64,000 nucleotides of DNA from a virus, in IMG/VR virus record IMGVR_UViG_3300013125_000002; one strand, 5' to 3'. Of this stretch, positions 53,799 through 62,965 are shown one piece after another. The notes beneath the pieces were generated by a model. The model had not been told where the DNA came from. It did not search any database and saw nothing but the letters and a program-made list of their open reading frames with translations. The translations under genes were made by a program, and so were the position numbers. Every line of letters starts with the position of its first letter. The stretch's first letter is position 1.

Positions 53799-55901
53799 TC
53801 AGGCAGCCATCTTGAGCGGTTTCTTTTCAGCCCAGTTAGTCAGGGAGTAGGAGACCTCAGCCGTCATGGGAACCTTGAAGTGGAAGTCCTCCATTTGCTT
53901 GACGATTTCCGAAAGGAGGGAGATCTCCTCACGGTGCATGTAGAAGACCATCTCGTCGTGAATTGGCATCACAAGACGTGACCTAGCTTGCGCTTTTTTG
54001 AGCACCTCATTGACCCTGACCATGGCAATCTTGAAGAGATCAGCACATGATCCCTGGATCAGATAGTTGACTGCCTGACGCTCGCAACGCTCGATCTTCC
54101 ACTTGTTGACCCTCTCACTCCGCAACAAAGCCCTAAGTTCCGGGAACCTACGGTACCTTCCAAAGTAGTTCTGGACCTCCCCATTCTGCCGCAACCAGAG
54201 CTTGGTATTGGTGATCCACTTCTTCACACCTTTGAGCTTCTGGAAGTACTGATCAATGAAGACCTGGCACTGCTTCTCGGTGTATTGCTTCTTGGGGGTG
54301 CTGATTCTAGCAGCGAGTGTTCGAGCCTGACCGCCATAGATAATCAAGAAGTTGATCATCTTGGCAACCTTACGCATGAAGGACAGCTCTGCGTAGTCTG
54401 GGTGCTTCTCATCCTCCAGGATCTTCACTGCCTCATCGTAGTTGTACCCGAACATCTCGCACATAGTTCGGGTGTGAACGTCCTCACCTGTGACATTGTA
54501 GACCTCGAGCAGAATGGGATCTTCACTGTAGTGGGCTGTCATGCGGACTTCCATCTGACTGTAGTCCGCAAAGATCATAATGAAGTCGTCTGTTGAAACG
54601 ACGTGCCCCCCACAATGAGGACAGGTGCTGGGAATGACCAAAGCCTGACCAAGGTAGCCGCATGGCTTGTGATCAGCACTTCCTATGCAGGCAAGAGCCT
54701 TGGGCGGAATGAATGCCCTACGGATCGCCTTGTCTTTGGCCGGGATGTTCTGAAGATTCGGCTGTTTTGACGACATGCGGCCTGTCGTCACATTCTGGTT
54801 GTATTCACAGTGGAGCTTGAGCTGCTCGGTGAGCTTCTCCAAGATCGAATCCACATAGGTGGACTTCTTCTTGGTGATTGACCGGTACTCCAGAAGGTCT
54901 TCACAGACCTGGTACTTGGTTGCCAACATGGAGAGGACTTCGTGATCCAGAGATGGGCGCTGACTAGTTTTCGTTGTCTTGGTCAGCTTAACTCCGATCT
55001 TCTGGAGCGCAGGGATGAGAGAGATGTTGCTGTTGACGTTCACCTTTCCCAACTGGTCAATGATCTTCTGCTTCAGCTCCGCTGCTTCTTGGTCCAGCCC
55101 TGGCCCAGCTTTGCTCAGGTAGTCACGGTTGATGTAGACCCCCTCATGCTCGATCATGAGAAGCACCCGCATGAGCATGTTCTCGACCAGGTACAGCTCC
55201 ATCAGGTAGGGGTCCTCCATGATGAGCTTCAGCTTCTTCTTGTAAAGGACCCATTCATAGTGAGCATCACTGCCGGCGTAGGGGGTCATCATGTCCAGTG
55301 GGATCAGCCCATAGTGGACATCGTTCTTCTTCATCTTGTTCTTGCGTGCATACTCTGCACGCCAAAGATCGATTGCCTTCTCCCACTTGTCAGCGTCGGG
55401 ATGGATCTCGACCGTGGACAAGTACTTCAGCCCCGCTGGCCCATTCTCATTGATCAAGCTGTGCATAAGGCGGGTGTCGTGGACCAGCCCCCGAGGCATC
55501 AGGTTGATCTTAGAGAGATGGTGCCCATCGTGCTTGAAGTTGTGCCAAGCAGTAACCCGCTTCGGATTGAAGTAGAACTCTTCGAGGTCTGGTCTGATCT
55601 TCTCCAGCTCGAGCTGTTTCTCGTTGGTCGAGTGCCCTACTGGAACGTAGTAGCTCTCCTCAGGACCCCACGAAAAGCTGAACCCAATGATGTGGCTGGT
55701 GACAAATGAAAGCCCATCAGACTCTGTGTCTGATCCTACTTCCATTTGTGCATTGAGGCGCGGAAAGAACTCGCGCCATAGAGCCATCGTATTGATCAGG
55801 TGATACCGGCCACCCGCCACCCCCTCCCACGTCCTTGGTTTCTGGGGTAAGGCATGAAACGCTTGCCTCACCGTCTGTGCCTGCGACGCAGGTCTTTGCA
55901 T
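53799..55901 (-). CDS. polA: Family A DNA polymerase (3'-5' exo plus polymerase)
   Basis: DTE, HN.K.D, YA..D; TGRMSS..PNLQN, ADYSQMEVR, R..AK..NF...YG, QGS.AD, IHDE. Confidence 0.95.
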   Translation of the reverse strand: MQRPASQAQTVRQAFHALPQKPRTWEGVAGGRYHLINTMALWREFFPRLNAQMEVGSDTESDGLSFVTSHIIGFSFSWGPEESYYVPVGHSTNEKQLELEKIRPDLEEFYFNPKRVTAWHNFKHDGHHLSKINLMPRGLVHDTRLMHSLINENGPAGLKYLSTVEIHPDADKWEKAIDLWRAEYARKNKMKKNDVHYGLIPLDMMTPYAGSDAHYEWVLYKKKLKLIMEDPYLMELYLVENMLMRVLLMIEHEGVYINRDYLSKAGPGLDQEAAELKQKIIDQLGKVNVNSNISLIPALQKIGVKLTKTTKTSQRPSLDHEVLSMLATKYQVCEDLLEYRSITKKKSTYVDSILEKLTEQLKLHCEYNQNVTTGRMSSKQPNLQNIPAKDKAIRRAFIPPKALACIGSADHKPCGYLGQALVIPSTCPHCGGHVVSTDDFIMIFADYSQMEVRMTAHYSEDPILLEVYNVTGEDVHTRTMCEMFGYNYDEAVKILEDEKHPDYAELSFMRKVAKMINFLIIYGGQARTLAARISTPKKQYTEKQCQVFIDQYFQKLKGVKKWITNTKLWLRQNGEVQNYFGRYRRFPELRALLRSERVNKWKIERCERQAVNYLIQGSCADLFKIAMVRVNEVLKKAQARSRLVMPIHDEMVFYMHREEISLLSEIVKQMEDFHFKVPMTAEVSYSLTNWAEKKPLKMAA

Positions 55902-55922
55902 GTGAGGATCTCCTTGTCAGAG

Positions 55923-56189
55923 CTACTTGATCTTACCTTGGGCCTTCAACCTCTCGATAGCTTCCCCTCTGGTACGGTTGGAGTGGTCCACGCTCCGCTT
56001 CTTCAGAACCTCAGTTCTGACTCCAGGATCGTGGCATTTAGTAGGGAGACCACCCGGGATGGTTGAGACCAGCAGAGAACCACACTCTGGGCACCCTGAC
56101 AAGTCCTTCTCGCTTTGCCCAGGCATGATGAGGTCTTCCCAGCAATGCTCACAAGTCTCACATCTGCGATCAATCAAGCGGTGTGGCAT
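55923..56189 (-). CDS. FmdB-like zinc ribbon protein
   Basis: RCETCEH.WE...CPECGS. Confidence 0.6.
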   Translation of the reverse strand: MPHRLIDRRCETCEHCWEDLIMPGQSEKDLSGCPECGSLLVSTIPGGLPTKCHDPGVRTEVLKKRSVDHSNRTRGEAIERLKAQGKIK

Positions 56190-56243
56190 GAAGTAGCTCC
56201 TGGCTCGGCCTACAAAGGGTATCAAATCGCTGGAACAGCATAG

Positions 56244-56284
56244 AAAAAGGGCGCACCTGGGATCAAGCCCAGGATGCGCCCTTT
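56244..56284 (-). terminator. Intrinsic terminator
   Basis: AAAGGGCGCA.CCTGGG/CCCAGG.TGCGCCCTTT plus U-tract. Confidence 0.75.
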
Positions 56285-56301
56285 GATAGCGGTGTGAATT
56301 C

Positions 56302-56874
56302 TCACGCCTTCTTGACTGGCGTGCGGACTACTGGTGTGCGCCGGATTGGTTGTGGCTGCGGAGATACCGGAGCCTGTGCTGCTGCCCGAGTCATGGGTGT
56401 GCGTTTGACTGGCGTCTTGCGCACCGCTGTCCGTTCCACCTTCGGCTGTTCCAGCTTCTCCTTGATCTTCTCGATCTGCTTCGCCTGTTCCTCCTTCAGA
56501 AGACTGGCTTCCTCTGCGAGTAGTGTGTCGATGAAGACCTCGGGGGCCTGGCGAGCTGCCTTGGCAGTGCTACCCTCGAGCACCTCGCACTGCTTGACCG
56601 ACCATACCTGGTCCTTGATCGTAGGCAGCTTGATCTTCGGATACCGCTTCAGAAGAGCAGTGTAGATGACCTCCACTGCTACTGAATGCCCGTAGATGTC
56701 AAAGCCATCCTTGGTCTTGCGCTCTGGCCGAGTGATTCCCAGTGACTCACCACAGCGAAGTAGTGTGCCAGCTCTCAGAGGTGATGGGTTGTCACCACTC
56801 ACGATCTTGTCCTCACTGCGTCGCGTACACCTCCCGAGAACCGGGAAGTCGAAGATGACTGCCTCGTACATCAC
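56302..56874 (-). CDS. Hypothetical protein with RTPV repeats
   Basis: C-terminal (R/K)TP(V/M) repeats. Confidence 0.6.
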   Translation of the reverse strand: MMYEAVIFDFPVLGRCTRRSEDKIVSGDNPSPLRAGTLLRCGESLGITRPERKTKDGFDIYGHSVAVEVIYTALLKRYPKIKLPTIKDQVWSVKQCEVLEGSTAKAARQAPEVFIDTLLAEEASLLKEEQAKQIEKIKEKLEQPKVERTAVRKTPVKRTPMTRAAAQAPVSPQPQPIRRTPVVRTPVKKA

Positions 56875-57536
56875 TCAGCAGTGTGGTTCTCGGTGTTGTT
56901 CTCCGCAGAGGCCTGAGCCGCACGACGGGCAGCCTCAGCAGCCTTCTCCTGAGCCGCCTTCTTGCCAGCTCGCTGAGCCGCCTCCTTGGCCTTCTCCTTG
57001 GCCGCCGCCTTGCCATCCCCATTCGAGCCGTTCGCCGGCTTGGCCTCCTTGGGCGCCTTGGCAGCCTTCTTCACCGGCTCCTTCTTGGCAGCCTTGGCGA
57101 CCTTCTTGACCTTCTCCTTGGGAGCCTTGGCAGCCTTCTTGGTGGTCTTGGGGGCCTTCTTCGCAGCCGCCTCCTTCTTGGCCTTGGGCTGACGCTTGGG
57201 CTTGTCCTCACTGGCCGAAGCCGTCACGTCCACCTTCTGGGCCGTCCACTCCTTGCCCTTTCTCGAGAGCTGGTAGGTGCCACGACCGAGGCTGGCCTTG
57301 GTGTGCGGGCCGTCCACCCAACCGTCCCTGCAGAGCCGACGGACGGAGTTGCGGACGAAGCTCTGCGCCTGGGCATCGACCTCCTTGTCACCCCAGCCCT
57401 TCTCGTAGGTCACGGCGCAGCGAGCCTTGGCATCCTTCACGAAGAGCTTCTTCAGCTCACGGATGTCGTGCTGCTCCCCGTCCTTGAGAACGTCGTACAG
57501 CTTCTGCTCTTTGTCGTTGAACCCCTTGATCTTCAT
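56871..57536 (-). CDS. Winged-helix DNA-binding protein with histone H1-like Lys/Ala tail
   Basis: VRNSVRRL.RDGWV...GRGTYQL wHTH; KKAAKAPK repeats. Confidence 0.65.
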   Translation of the reverse strand: MKIKGFNDKEQKLYDVLKDGEQHDIRELKKLFVKDAKARCAVTYEKGWGDKEVDAQAQSFVRNSVRRLCRDGWVDGPHTKASLGRGTYQLSRKGKEWTAQKVDVTASASEDKPKRQPKAKKEAAAKKAPKTTKKAAKAPKEKVKKVAKAAKKEPVKKAAKAPKEAKPANGSNGDGKAAAKEKAKEAAQRAGKKAAQEKAAEAARRAAQASAENNTENHTAE

Positions 57537-58267
57537 CTCCCACTCCTCTGGTGTGCAGCGAACGTCGCTGCCATGTTTCTTGCTTGTTGGAGATCAGTTT
57601 CGTTCCATCTCTCTTCCCACCCATCCCACGGCTTCGGCTCTGTCACACTGATCTCCTTTTGTGAAGACCGAAGGAACTCTTGGAACTTCTTGTCCAGCCA
57701 GGGTGGAGTCCAGCACCCTGACCTGCAAACGTGAATCGTGTCGATCTTTGGCTTGCACCCAAGTGCCTCTCGCAACTTCTCCAACCTCGTAACAGTGATC
57801 TGTTCTCGTATCTTCTTTGGCACTCCTTTCAGTGTGAGGTTCTTTTGCCACTTGGGCTTCACCCAGAACATATGAAGCGGATTGCGCTTGTATCTCCCCA
57901 TTCGTAGCCACACACGAACCCAATTTGCACAGTCGATCCTGTGTGGGTTCTCATCCCAAGGCAAACAATCGTGATGTGCGTCTACGAGGATGAGTCGATC
58001 ATGTCTATCCACCAGGTGAAAGCAACTCGAGTGAGAGTCTGATACATCGATCTTGGTGCATTTGTCAAGATCGACGATCTCTCTCATCCTCTCCCAAAAC
58101 GAATCCTCCTGTCCAGAGGTTTTCCACACCTCCATAAGTGTGGCACGAGTGAACCACACGAACTTCAGAAAGAGAGTGGACTCTCGGTGACCAGCATCCC
58201 AGATTGGATCCTCGGGCACGAACCAATCCCAGTCGACACTGAGGATCCACCTATCATTTATCCCCAT
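57533..58267 (-). CDS. UPF0489/arginase-fold-like metallohydrolase
   Basis: LSVDWDWF, VDAHHD, CRSGCWTPP. Confidence 0.5.
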   Translation of the reverse strand: MGINDRWILSVDWDWFVPEDPIWDAGHRESTLFLKFVWFTRATLMEVWKTSGQEDSFWERMREIVDLDKCTKIDVSDSHSSCFHLVDRHDRLILVDAHHDCLPWDENPHRIDCANWVRVWLRMGRYKRNPLHMFWVKPKWQKNLTLKGVPKKIREQITVTRLEKLREALGCKPKIDTIHVCRSGCWTPPWLDKKFQEFLRSSQKEISVTEPKPWDGWEERWNETDLQQARNMAATFAAHQRSGR

Positions 58268-58797
58268 TCGACTCCATCCAGGGAACCCGCTACTTGTGGT
58301 CTCCAGTCCTGTTCTTCCTTCTTCTCACCATCCTCGCTGGCAGAACTTCTGATCTCATCAGCGACTGAATCAAAAGAATCAAAAGCTGCCTCTGCTTGGT
58401 CCACGTACTCCTGCAGGGTGTCAACCACTGGACTGCCATTGGGGAATGCATCCTGAACATTCGAGAGCTTGTCTTCGGTCTCACTCTTGAGACTCTCGAG
58501 TTCCTCCTTGATGCAATCCAACTCATCAGCCACATCCTCAGCTGATTCATAGTTGGCTAGATCAGTGGCAAGATCGGAGAACCTCTCCTGCAGCTCATAG
58601 AACTGTGACAGAAACTCACTCTGAGTGAGCTGACTGGGTCTCGGTCGGGTCTTCGAGAACCTCTTGACACTACTTCGACCGACACGAAACTGCCACCACC
58701 AGTAGCTGTCCCCTTTCTTGATATCGTGATCAGGATTATCCTTACGGGCAGATTTCACAAAATGGGCACGAGCCATGAGCAGAAACTCCTTACTCAT
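58258..58797 (-). CDS. Hypothetical phage protein
   Basis: IKKGDSYWWW..R...PRPSQLT motif; acidic coiled coil. Confidence 0.6.
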   Translation of the reverse strand: MSKEFLLMARAHFVKSARKDNPDHDIKKGDSYWWWQFRVGRSSVKRFSKTRPRPSQLTQSEFLSQFYELQERFSDLATDLANYESAEDVADELDCIKEELESLKSETEDKLSNVQDAFPNGSPVVDTLQEYVDQAEAAFDSFDSVADEIRSSASEDGEKKEEQDWRPQVAGSLDGVEWG

Positions 58798-59374
58798 ATG
58801 TCCGAACTACTCGATCCTCTCTCAGCCTCTGACTGAACCACTGCTTGCAGAAAGGCAGTAGCGTATTCCTCAAGAAAAGCGTCTGCCCATCGGGGGCACA
58901 GACCAGATACTCGTACAGAGGATCGAACTCCTTCGACAAGAACTCAGGAGCATCCCGTACAAATGTCTCTGGTCCTGAATCCCAATCACACTGATCGAGT
59001 TCCTCCTTCACCAGCTCTAAGTAGTCAGACTTGTCCACCTCTGACGAATGGATGCACCCCTGATCCAACCTCTGCTGAGCATGCTCCAAGATGAGCTTCC
59101 GAGTGTCTTCAGGGCTCCACGGATCCCGCTTCCCCATAGTCAACTTCCCAGTGAGATAGTGATTGTCTGCACTAAGAAGAAAGTGCTTCAGGCTTGGCTC
59201 GTCATGACTCCGAGGCAGCCAGTAGTATGACCACCTGCCCCAGTCGGACTCGATGCTGAACAACCCCATCGACTCGTCGATCACAATCACAGCCCAGCCA
59301 CTTGGCTGAAACCAGAACTTGTAGACCTCCGCCTCACCCCTCTCTTCCTTCCTGAGGATCAACTCTTGGTTCAC
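58790..59374 (-). CDS. Hypothetical phage protein
   Basis: SDWG.W.Y.W...L..FL...YL..KL motif. Confidence 0.6.
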   Translation of the reverse strand: MNQELILRKEERGEAEVYKFWFQPSGWAVIVIDESMGLFSIESDWGRWSYYWLPRSHDEPSLKHFLLSADNHYLTGKLTMGKRDPWSPEDTRKLILEHAQQRLDQGCIHSSEVDKSDYLELVKEELDQCDWDSGPETFVRDAPEFLSKEFDPLYEYLVCAPDGQTLFLRNTLLPFCKQWFSQRLREDRVVRTYE

Positions 59375-59763
59375 GTATCCTCCTCCCTAGCCTTCAAGTA
59401 CTCCTCAAGAAGGCCACGCTGGCATGCCTCTCGTTGCTGATTGAAAAGAGAGGATGAGCACCCAGCCCCAATGGCCATCCCTTCCTTGAGTCTCTCGACT
59501 GTAGGTGCTGGCTCTTCCAGAACCGCTTGGCACCAAAAGCGGCCCTCCTTCTGATCCCAAACCAAACCCTTGCACGGCTCGGGGTGTCTGTCCCAGCCCC
59601 TGAGGAAGGCTACCCGACAGGGCACCTTGCAGCAGCAGTAGCCACAGCCCACACAAGGCTCATAGTAGGGATCAATGCCGAACTTGATCCAATCAATCTC
59701 TTTTTGGTTCACCCCACTTCTCCCTACTTGATCACCTGCTCGAAGTCCTCGACCGCCAGCCAT
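59371..59763 (-). CDS. Cysteine cluster protein (YkgJ-like)
   Basis: CVGCGYCC...C...C..L.W...RFWC...IGAGC. Confidence 0.6.
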   Translation of the reverse strand: MAGGRGLRAGDQVGRSGVNQKEIDWIKFGIDPYYEPCVGCGYCCCKVPCRVAFLRGWDRHPEPCKGLVWDQKEGRFWCQAVLEEPAPTVERLKEGMAIGAGCSSSLFNQQREACQRGLLEEYLKAREEDT

Positions 59764-60623
59764 TCCTTCAGCTTCGGTTTGATCTCCTCGACAGTTTGCA
59801 GGAACTTTTGGTTCTCCTCAGTTCCCTCCGTTGTCGACGCACGCAGAAAAGAGAAGACCTCACCAGCTGGTGCCTCTCTGTCGAACTTGAGATAGGACAG
59901 CAGCTCCAGAGAAGTTGTCCGACAGCGATACTCGAAGTCCGGAACGTGCTTCACCAGAAGCTTAGGGCTATCCCACTCGAAGTCCATCAGATGGAAGTCG
60001 AAGACAGTCCTCGCATAGCCAGCCAAGGCTGGGACCCCCAGCTTCCCTAAGGCTCGCTCCCAGATGCGACCTCGCTCCTTCCACTTCTGGTAACCCTTGC
60101 CGTCGGTCATCCCCTCAGGAGGATCGGTATTATTCCAATACCCAAAGGGCACAACTCCTGGCATCGAGTTCCAGATCTTCTCGAACTCCTTCTGCTGTGT
60201 GTAGAGCAGTGCCAGAATCCGCTGCCCCTGAGCCGGAACCAACACCACCTCACATGCGAAGTCCAGATCACTTCGACCTGAGTTCCTCCCTGCCTCAAGA
60301 ACACCTTGGAACAGCTGGCTCTTCACCATGAGCCAAACAACTGCCCCACTCTGAGTTCGCATGTGTTCTGGAACCGGCACATTCACAGCTGTGAAGTCGA
60401 TGAGAGCAGTGCAGGAGGCTGCCACCTGCTTACGGAACATCCTGTCAGCCACCGGCTTCAGCTTGTCCCTGAACTTCGTCAGCAGCCGATGAACCGAAGG
60501 CCAGCTCTTTGATGTACAGCAATATCCGTTGTAGATCTTTGTGCTCATGGTCAAACCTTGGGCTCGATAGTAGTGAGCCAGAGATCCTCCTTGAAGACCT
60601 TCTCTCGACCAGTCAGACGCCAC
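59724..60623 (-). CDS. Hypothetical phage protein
   Basis: MSTKIYNG (likely real start)...YWNNTDPP. Confidence 0.6.
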   Translation of the reverse strand: MASDWSREGLQGGSLAHYYRAQGLTMSTKIYNGYCCTSKSWPSVHRLLTKFRDKLKPVADRMFRKQVAASCTALIDFTAVNVPVPEHMRTQSGAVVWLMVKSQLFQGVLEAGRNSGRSDLDFACEVVLVPAQGQRILALLYTQQKEFEKIWNSMPGVVPFGYWNNTDPPEGMTDGKGYQKWKERGRIWERALGKLGVPALAGYARTVFDFHLMDFEWDSPKLLVKHVPDFEYRCRTTSLELLSYLKFDREAPAGEVFSFLRASTTEGTEENQKFLQTVEEIKPKLKEWLAVEDFEQVIK

Positions 60624-61030
60624 TTCCGCTCAGCTCGGAGATGTGCTTCTGCTAGCTTCTTGTTGTCGTAGATACCCCGGAAGCCACCAGGCTCGACATG
60701 AAGACATGCTGTCTTGAGAGCCTTCACCAGAGCATCCGGAGCTTTGCTGAACGGCAGGTAACCAATGGTCAAGATCTCCTCGTACTGCCAAGTGACAATG
60801 TAGAGCTTGTTGGGCTTCTTCATGGCCACTGACCCCTCCAAACTAATCCAGTGGGTCTCCCACATGGCGGACGTGAGGGTTACGCGATCTATTCGGATCT
60901 TCGGGGTGGTTCCACTTACTCGCGACACCCCTACTCCTTCTACCCCACCTGGCCTCGCCAGTTTGTCGTGGTCTTGGACACCGCAACGCCCTGGCTGTGT
61001 GGTGCAAACGACCCACTGGACTAGACTGAT

Positions 61031-61387
61031 CTACTTCTTGCTCTTGGCCTTCTTTGGCTCTGCCAGCTTGATCAGATCCTTGAGGTCAAGATCGACCGTG
61101 GCCTCGACCCACCAGTGATGATGGCCTTCTTCAGGCACCTCCGGAGCGCTGTGCTCCATGCCCTGTTGGCGATTGGTTCTGATCTCCTCATTCGAGATGA
61201 TGCCACTCTCCTCCGCCGCGATGAAGTCCAGCCCCACCACCTGATCGAAGATGTCTTTCGCTGAATCCAGCCCGAACTTCCTGTCGTTGTAGACGAGGAA
61301 CACCTTGAGGATGTCATCGCCCTTCTGCTTTGCGAGCTGTTGCAACCACTGCTCGTCTGCTTCACCCAGAAGATCACTGACTCTCAT
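61031..61387 (-). CDS. Hypothetical protein
   Basis: GAGGAGG RBS. Confidence 0.55.
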   Translation of the reverse strand: MRVSDLLGEADEQWLQQLAKQKGDDILKVFLVYNDRKFGLDSAKDIFDQVVGLDFIAAEESGIISNEEIRTNRQQGMEHSAPEVPEEGHHHWWVEATVDLDLKDLIKLAEPKKAKSKK

Positions 61388-61399
61388 GGCATCCTCCTC

Positions 61400-62509
61400 T
61401 TACTGAACGATCATCTTGTTAGCGGTCTTCTTCAGCGCATCGAGCACATCATCGATCTGAGTCTGTGTCAGCAGCTTCATGCGCTGCGGGAAGAACTCAT
61501 AGGTGTGCTTGATGCTCTTCTTGGGCGTGGGCTCGAGCGAGTGACCACGCTTTCTCATCTCCTCTGCGAGGAACGGGTTCATGTCGAGCCAGCCACCACC
61601 AGCCGCATTCACCCAGAGCCTCATCACATGCATGCCGTTGTAGAAGTAGATGTGGTAGCTCGCACGCTGGGAAAACTGGTATCCCTTCCCGTACTTGTCC
61701 ACGAACCACTTCTGACCGTACTCCCGCTGCTCCTTGGTGCCGACGCTCCAGTAGATCCAATTGTCAGGCAGCGTCTTGGGCTCGATCTTCTCCTGGAGCT
61801 GTCTCGCCAGATCATCAATCGGACGGTTCTGGTCGACGTAGGGGCGCCGCACCTTCTTCTTGGTCGGGTCGGTCTCCTTCTTCGCCTTGGCAGCCTTCTT
61901 CTTGGCCTTCTTGTTGAGCTTTCGGTTCTTGGTGTTCTTGGCGAAGTCGTCCTGGACCTTCTTGCCAGTACCCCCATGAACGAGCTTCATGAGCTTGGCA
62001 CCGTCCTCCTGGTCCAGCTCTGCCAGCTCCTCCTTCGCCGCGACATCCTCCTCGACCGATCCGATGGCCTGCGTGTGGACCGCCTCACAGAGCGTCCGCA
62101 ACCCACACTCGACCTCTGGGCAGTAGTTCTTCTCATCTGGTGAGTACCAGAGCTTGCCAAAGCACTCCGTCCCCTGGATGGCATCCCTGACCGAAGGACT
62201 CTGTGACTTGAGAATCCTCTTGATCACCGGCTCGAAGGGGTCCTCCTCCTTGGCCTGCTCCTCCGACTCATCCGGAAGATCATCAGGCAGGTCCTCCCCA
62301 TCCTCCGTCTCATCGTCCTCGATCAGCTGCCGAACCTGCTTCTTGCCACTCACGATACTATCCCCGAGAGCCTCCGACGAAGCCGGAACACTCAGAATCG
62401 GGGCTGGATCGAACTCGTCTTGCTTCAAGGCGCTACTCCCAACACGGGTCATGTTGTTCTCCAATGTCCTCGATGACTGCTTTGACGACTTCTCTGATTT
62501 TCGAGACAA
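61400..62509 (-). CDS. Hypothetical protein with Cys cluster (CFG...C...C...C)
   Basis: 369-aa ORF. Confidence 0.6.
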   Translation of the reverse strand: MSRKSEKSSKQSSRTLENNMTRVGSSALKQDEFDPAPILSVPASSEALGDSIVSGKKQVRQLIEDDETEDGEDLPDDLPDESEEQAKEEDPFEPVIKRILKSQSPSVRDAIQGTECFGKLWYSPDEKNYCPEVECGLRTLCEAVHTQAIGSVEEDVAAKEELAELDQEDGAKLMKLVHGGTGKKVQDDFAKNTKNRKLNKKAKKKAAKAKKETDPTKKKVRRPYVDQNRPIDDLARQLQEKIEPKTLPDNWIYWSVGTKEQREYGQKWFVDKYGKGYQFSQRASYHIYFYNGMHVMRLWVNAAGGGWLDMNPFLAEEMRKRGHSLEPTPKKSIKHTYEFFPQRMKLLTQTQIDDVLDALKKTANKMIVQ

Positions 62510-62963
62510 CGCGGCTCACCTTTCTTGGGTGCATCTGGAGAAGCTTGGCATAGCACAGCTGCTCACCGCACGTTGCCGTCTTGACCTTGGACACGAATTC
62601 CGGTGATGTGTTGAGCATCAACCGAAAGACTTCGATCTCTTCCACCCTGAGGTAACGCTCCGCCTCCTGGCAAAGAGTATCAAAGCCACGCTCGACGGGG
62701 GGCATGGTCTCTTCGACAGTAGCAAGGAGGTGCATCGGGAACCTCACCCGGTACACTCTCGCTTTCTGCATGTCTTTTCGATACCACGTCAACCTTCGGT
62801 GGAGGTAGCTAGAGAACTTCCCCGATCCCGCCTTCCACCGTCTCTCTGTCTCAACCGCTAGCAACCACAGGTCTCCGCGAATGTCATCCGGATCTAGGTC
62901 AGGGCAATCTCGTGCGATGAGATGAGTGAACTTGTGGATCATCTTCGCGCACGAGAGCAGCAT
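62433..62963 (-). CDS. Sigma-70-family (region 2/4-like) phage sigma factor candidate
   Basis: DDIRGDLWL..VE..RRW....KFSSYL..RL; C-terminal HTH; ATG 62963 overlaps CobT stop region. Confidence 0.6.
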   Translation of the reverse strand: MLLSCAKMIHKFTHLIARDCPDLDPDDIRGDLWLLAVETERRWKAGSGKFSSYLHRRLTWYRKDMQKARVYRVRFPMHLLATVEETMPPVERGFDTLCQEAERYLRVEEIEVFRLMLNTSPEFVSKVKTATCGEQLCYAKLLQMHPRKVSRVVSKIREVVKAVIEDIGEQHDPCWE

Positions 62964-62965
62964 TT

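Noticed and set aside
34698-57734. Long plus-strand ORFs (e.g. 34698..35600, 54942..55709, 56883..57734)
   Set aside because: Antisense shadows of well-supported minus-strand genes with biased codon usage.
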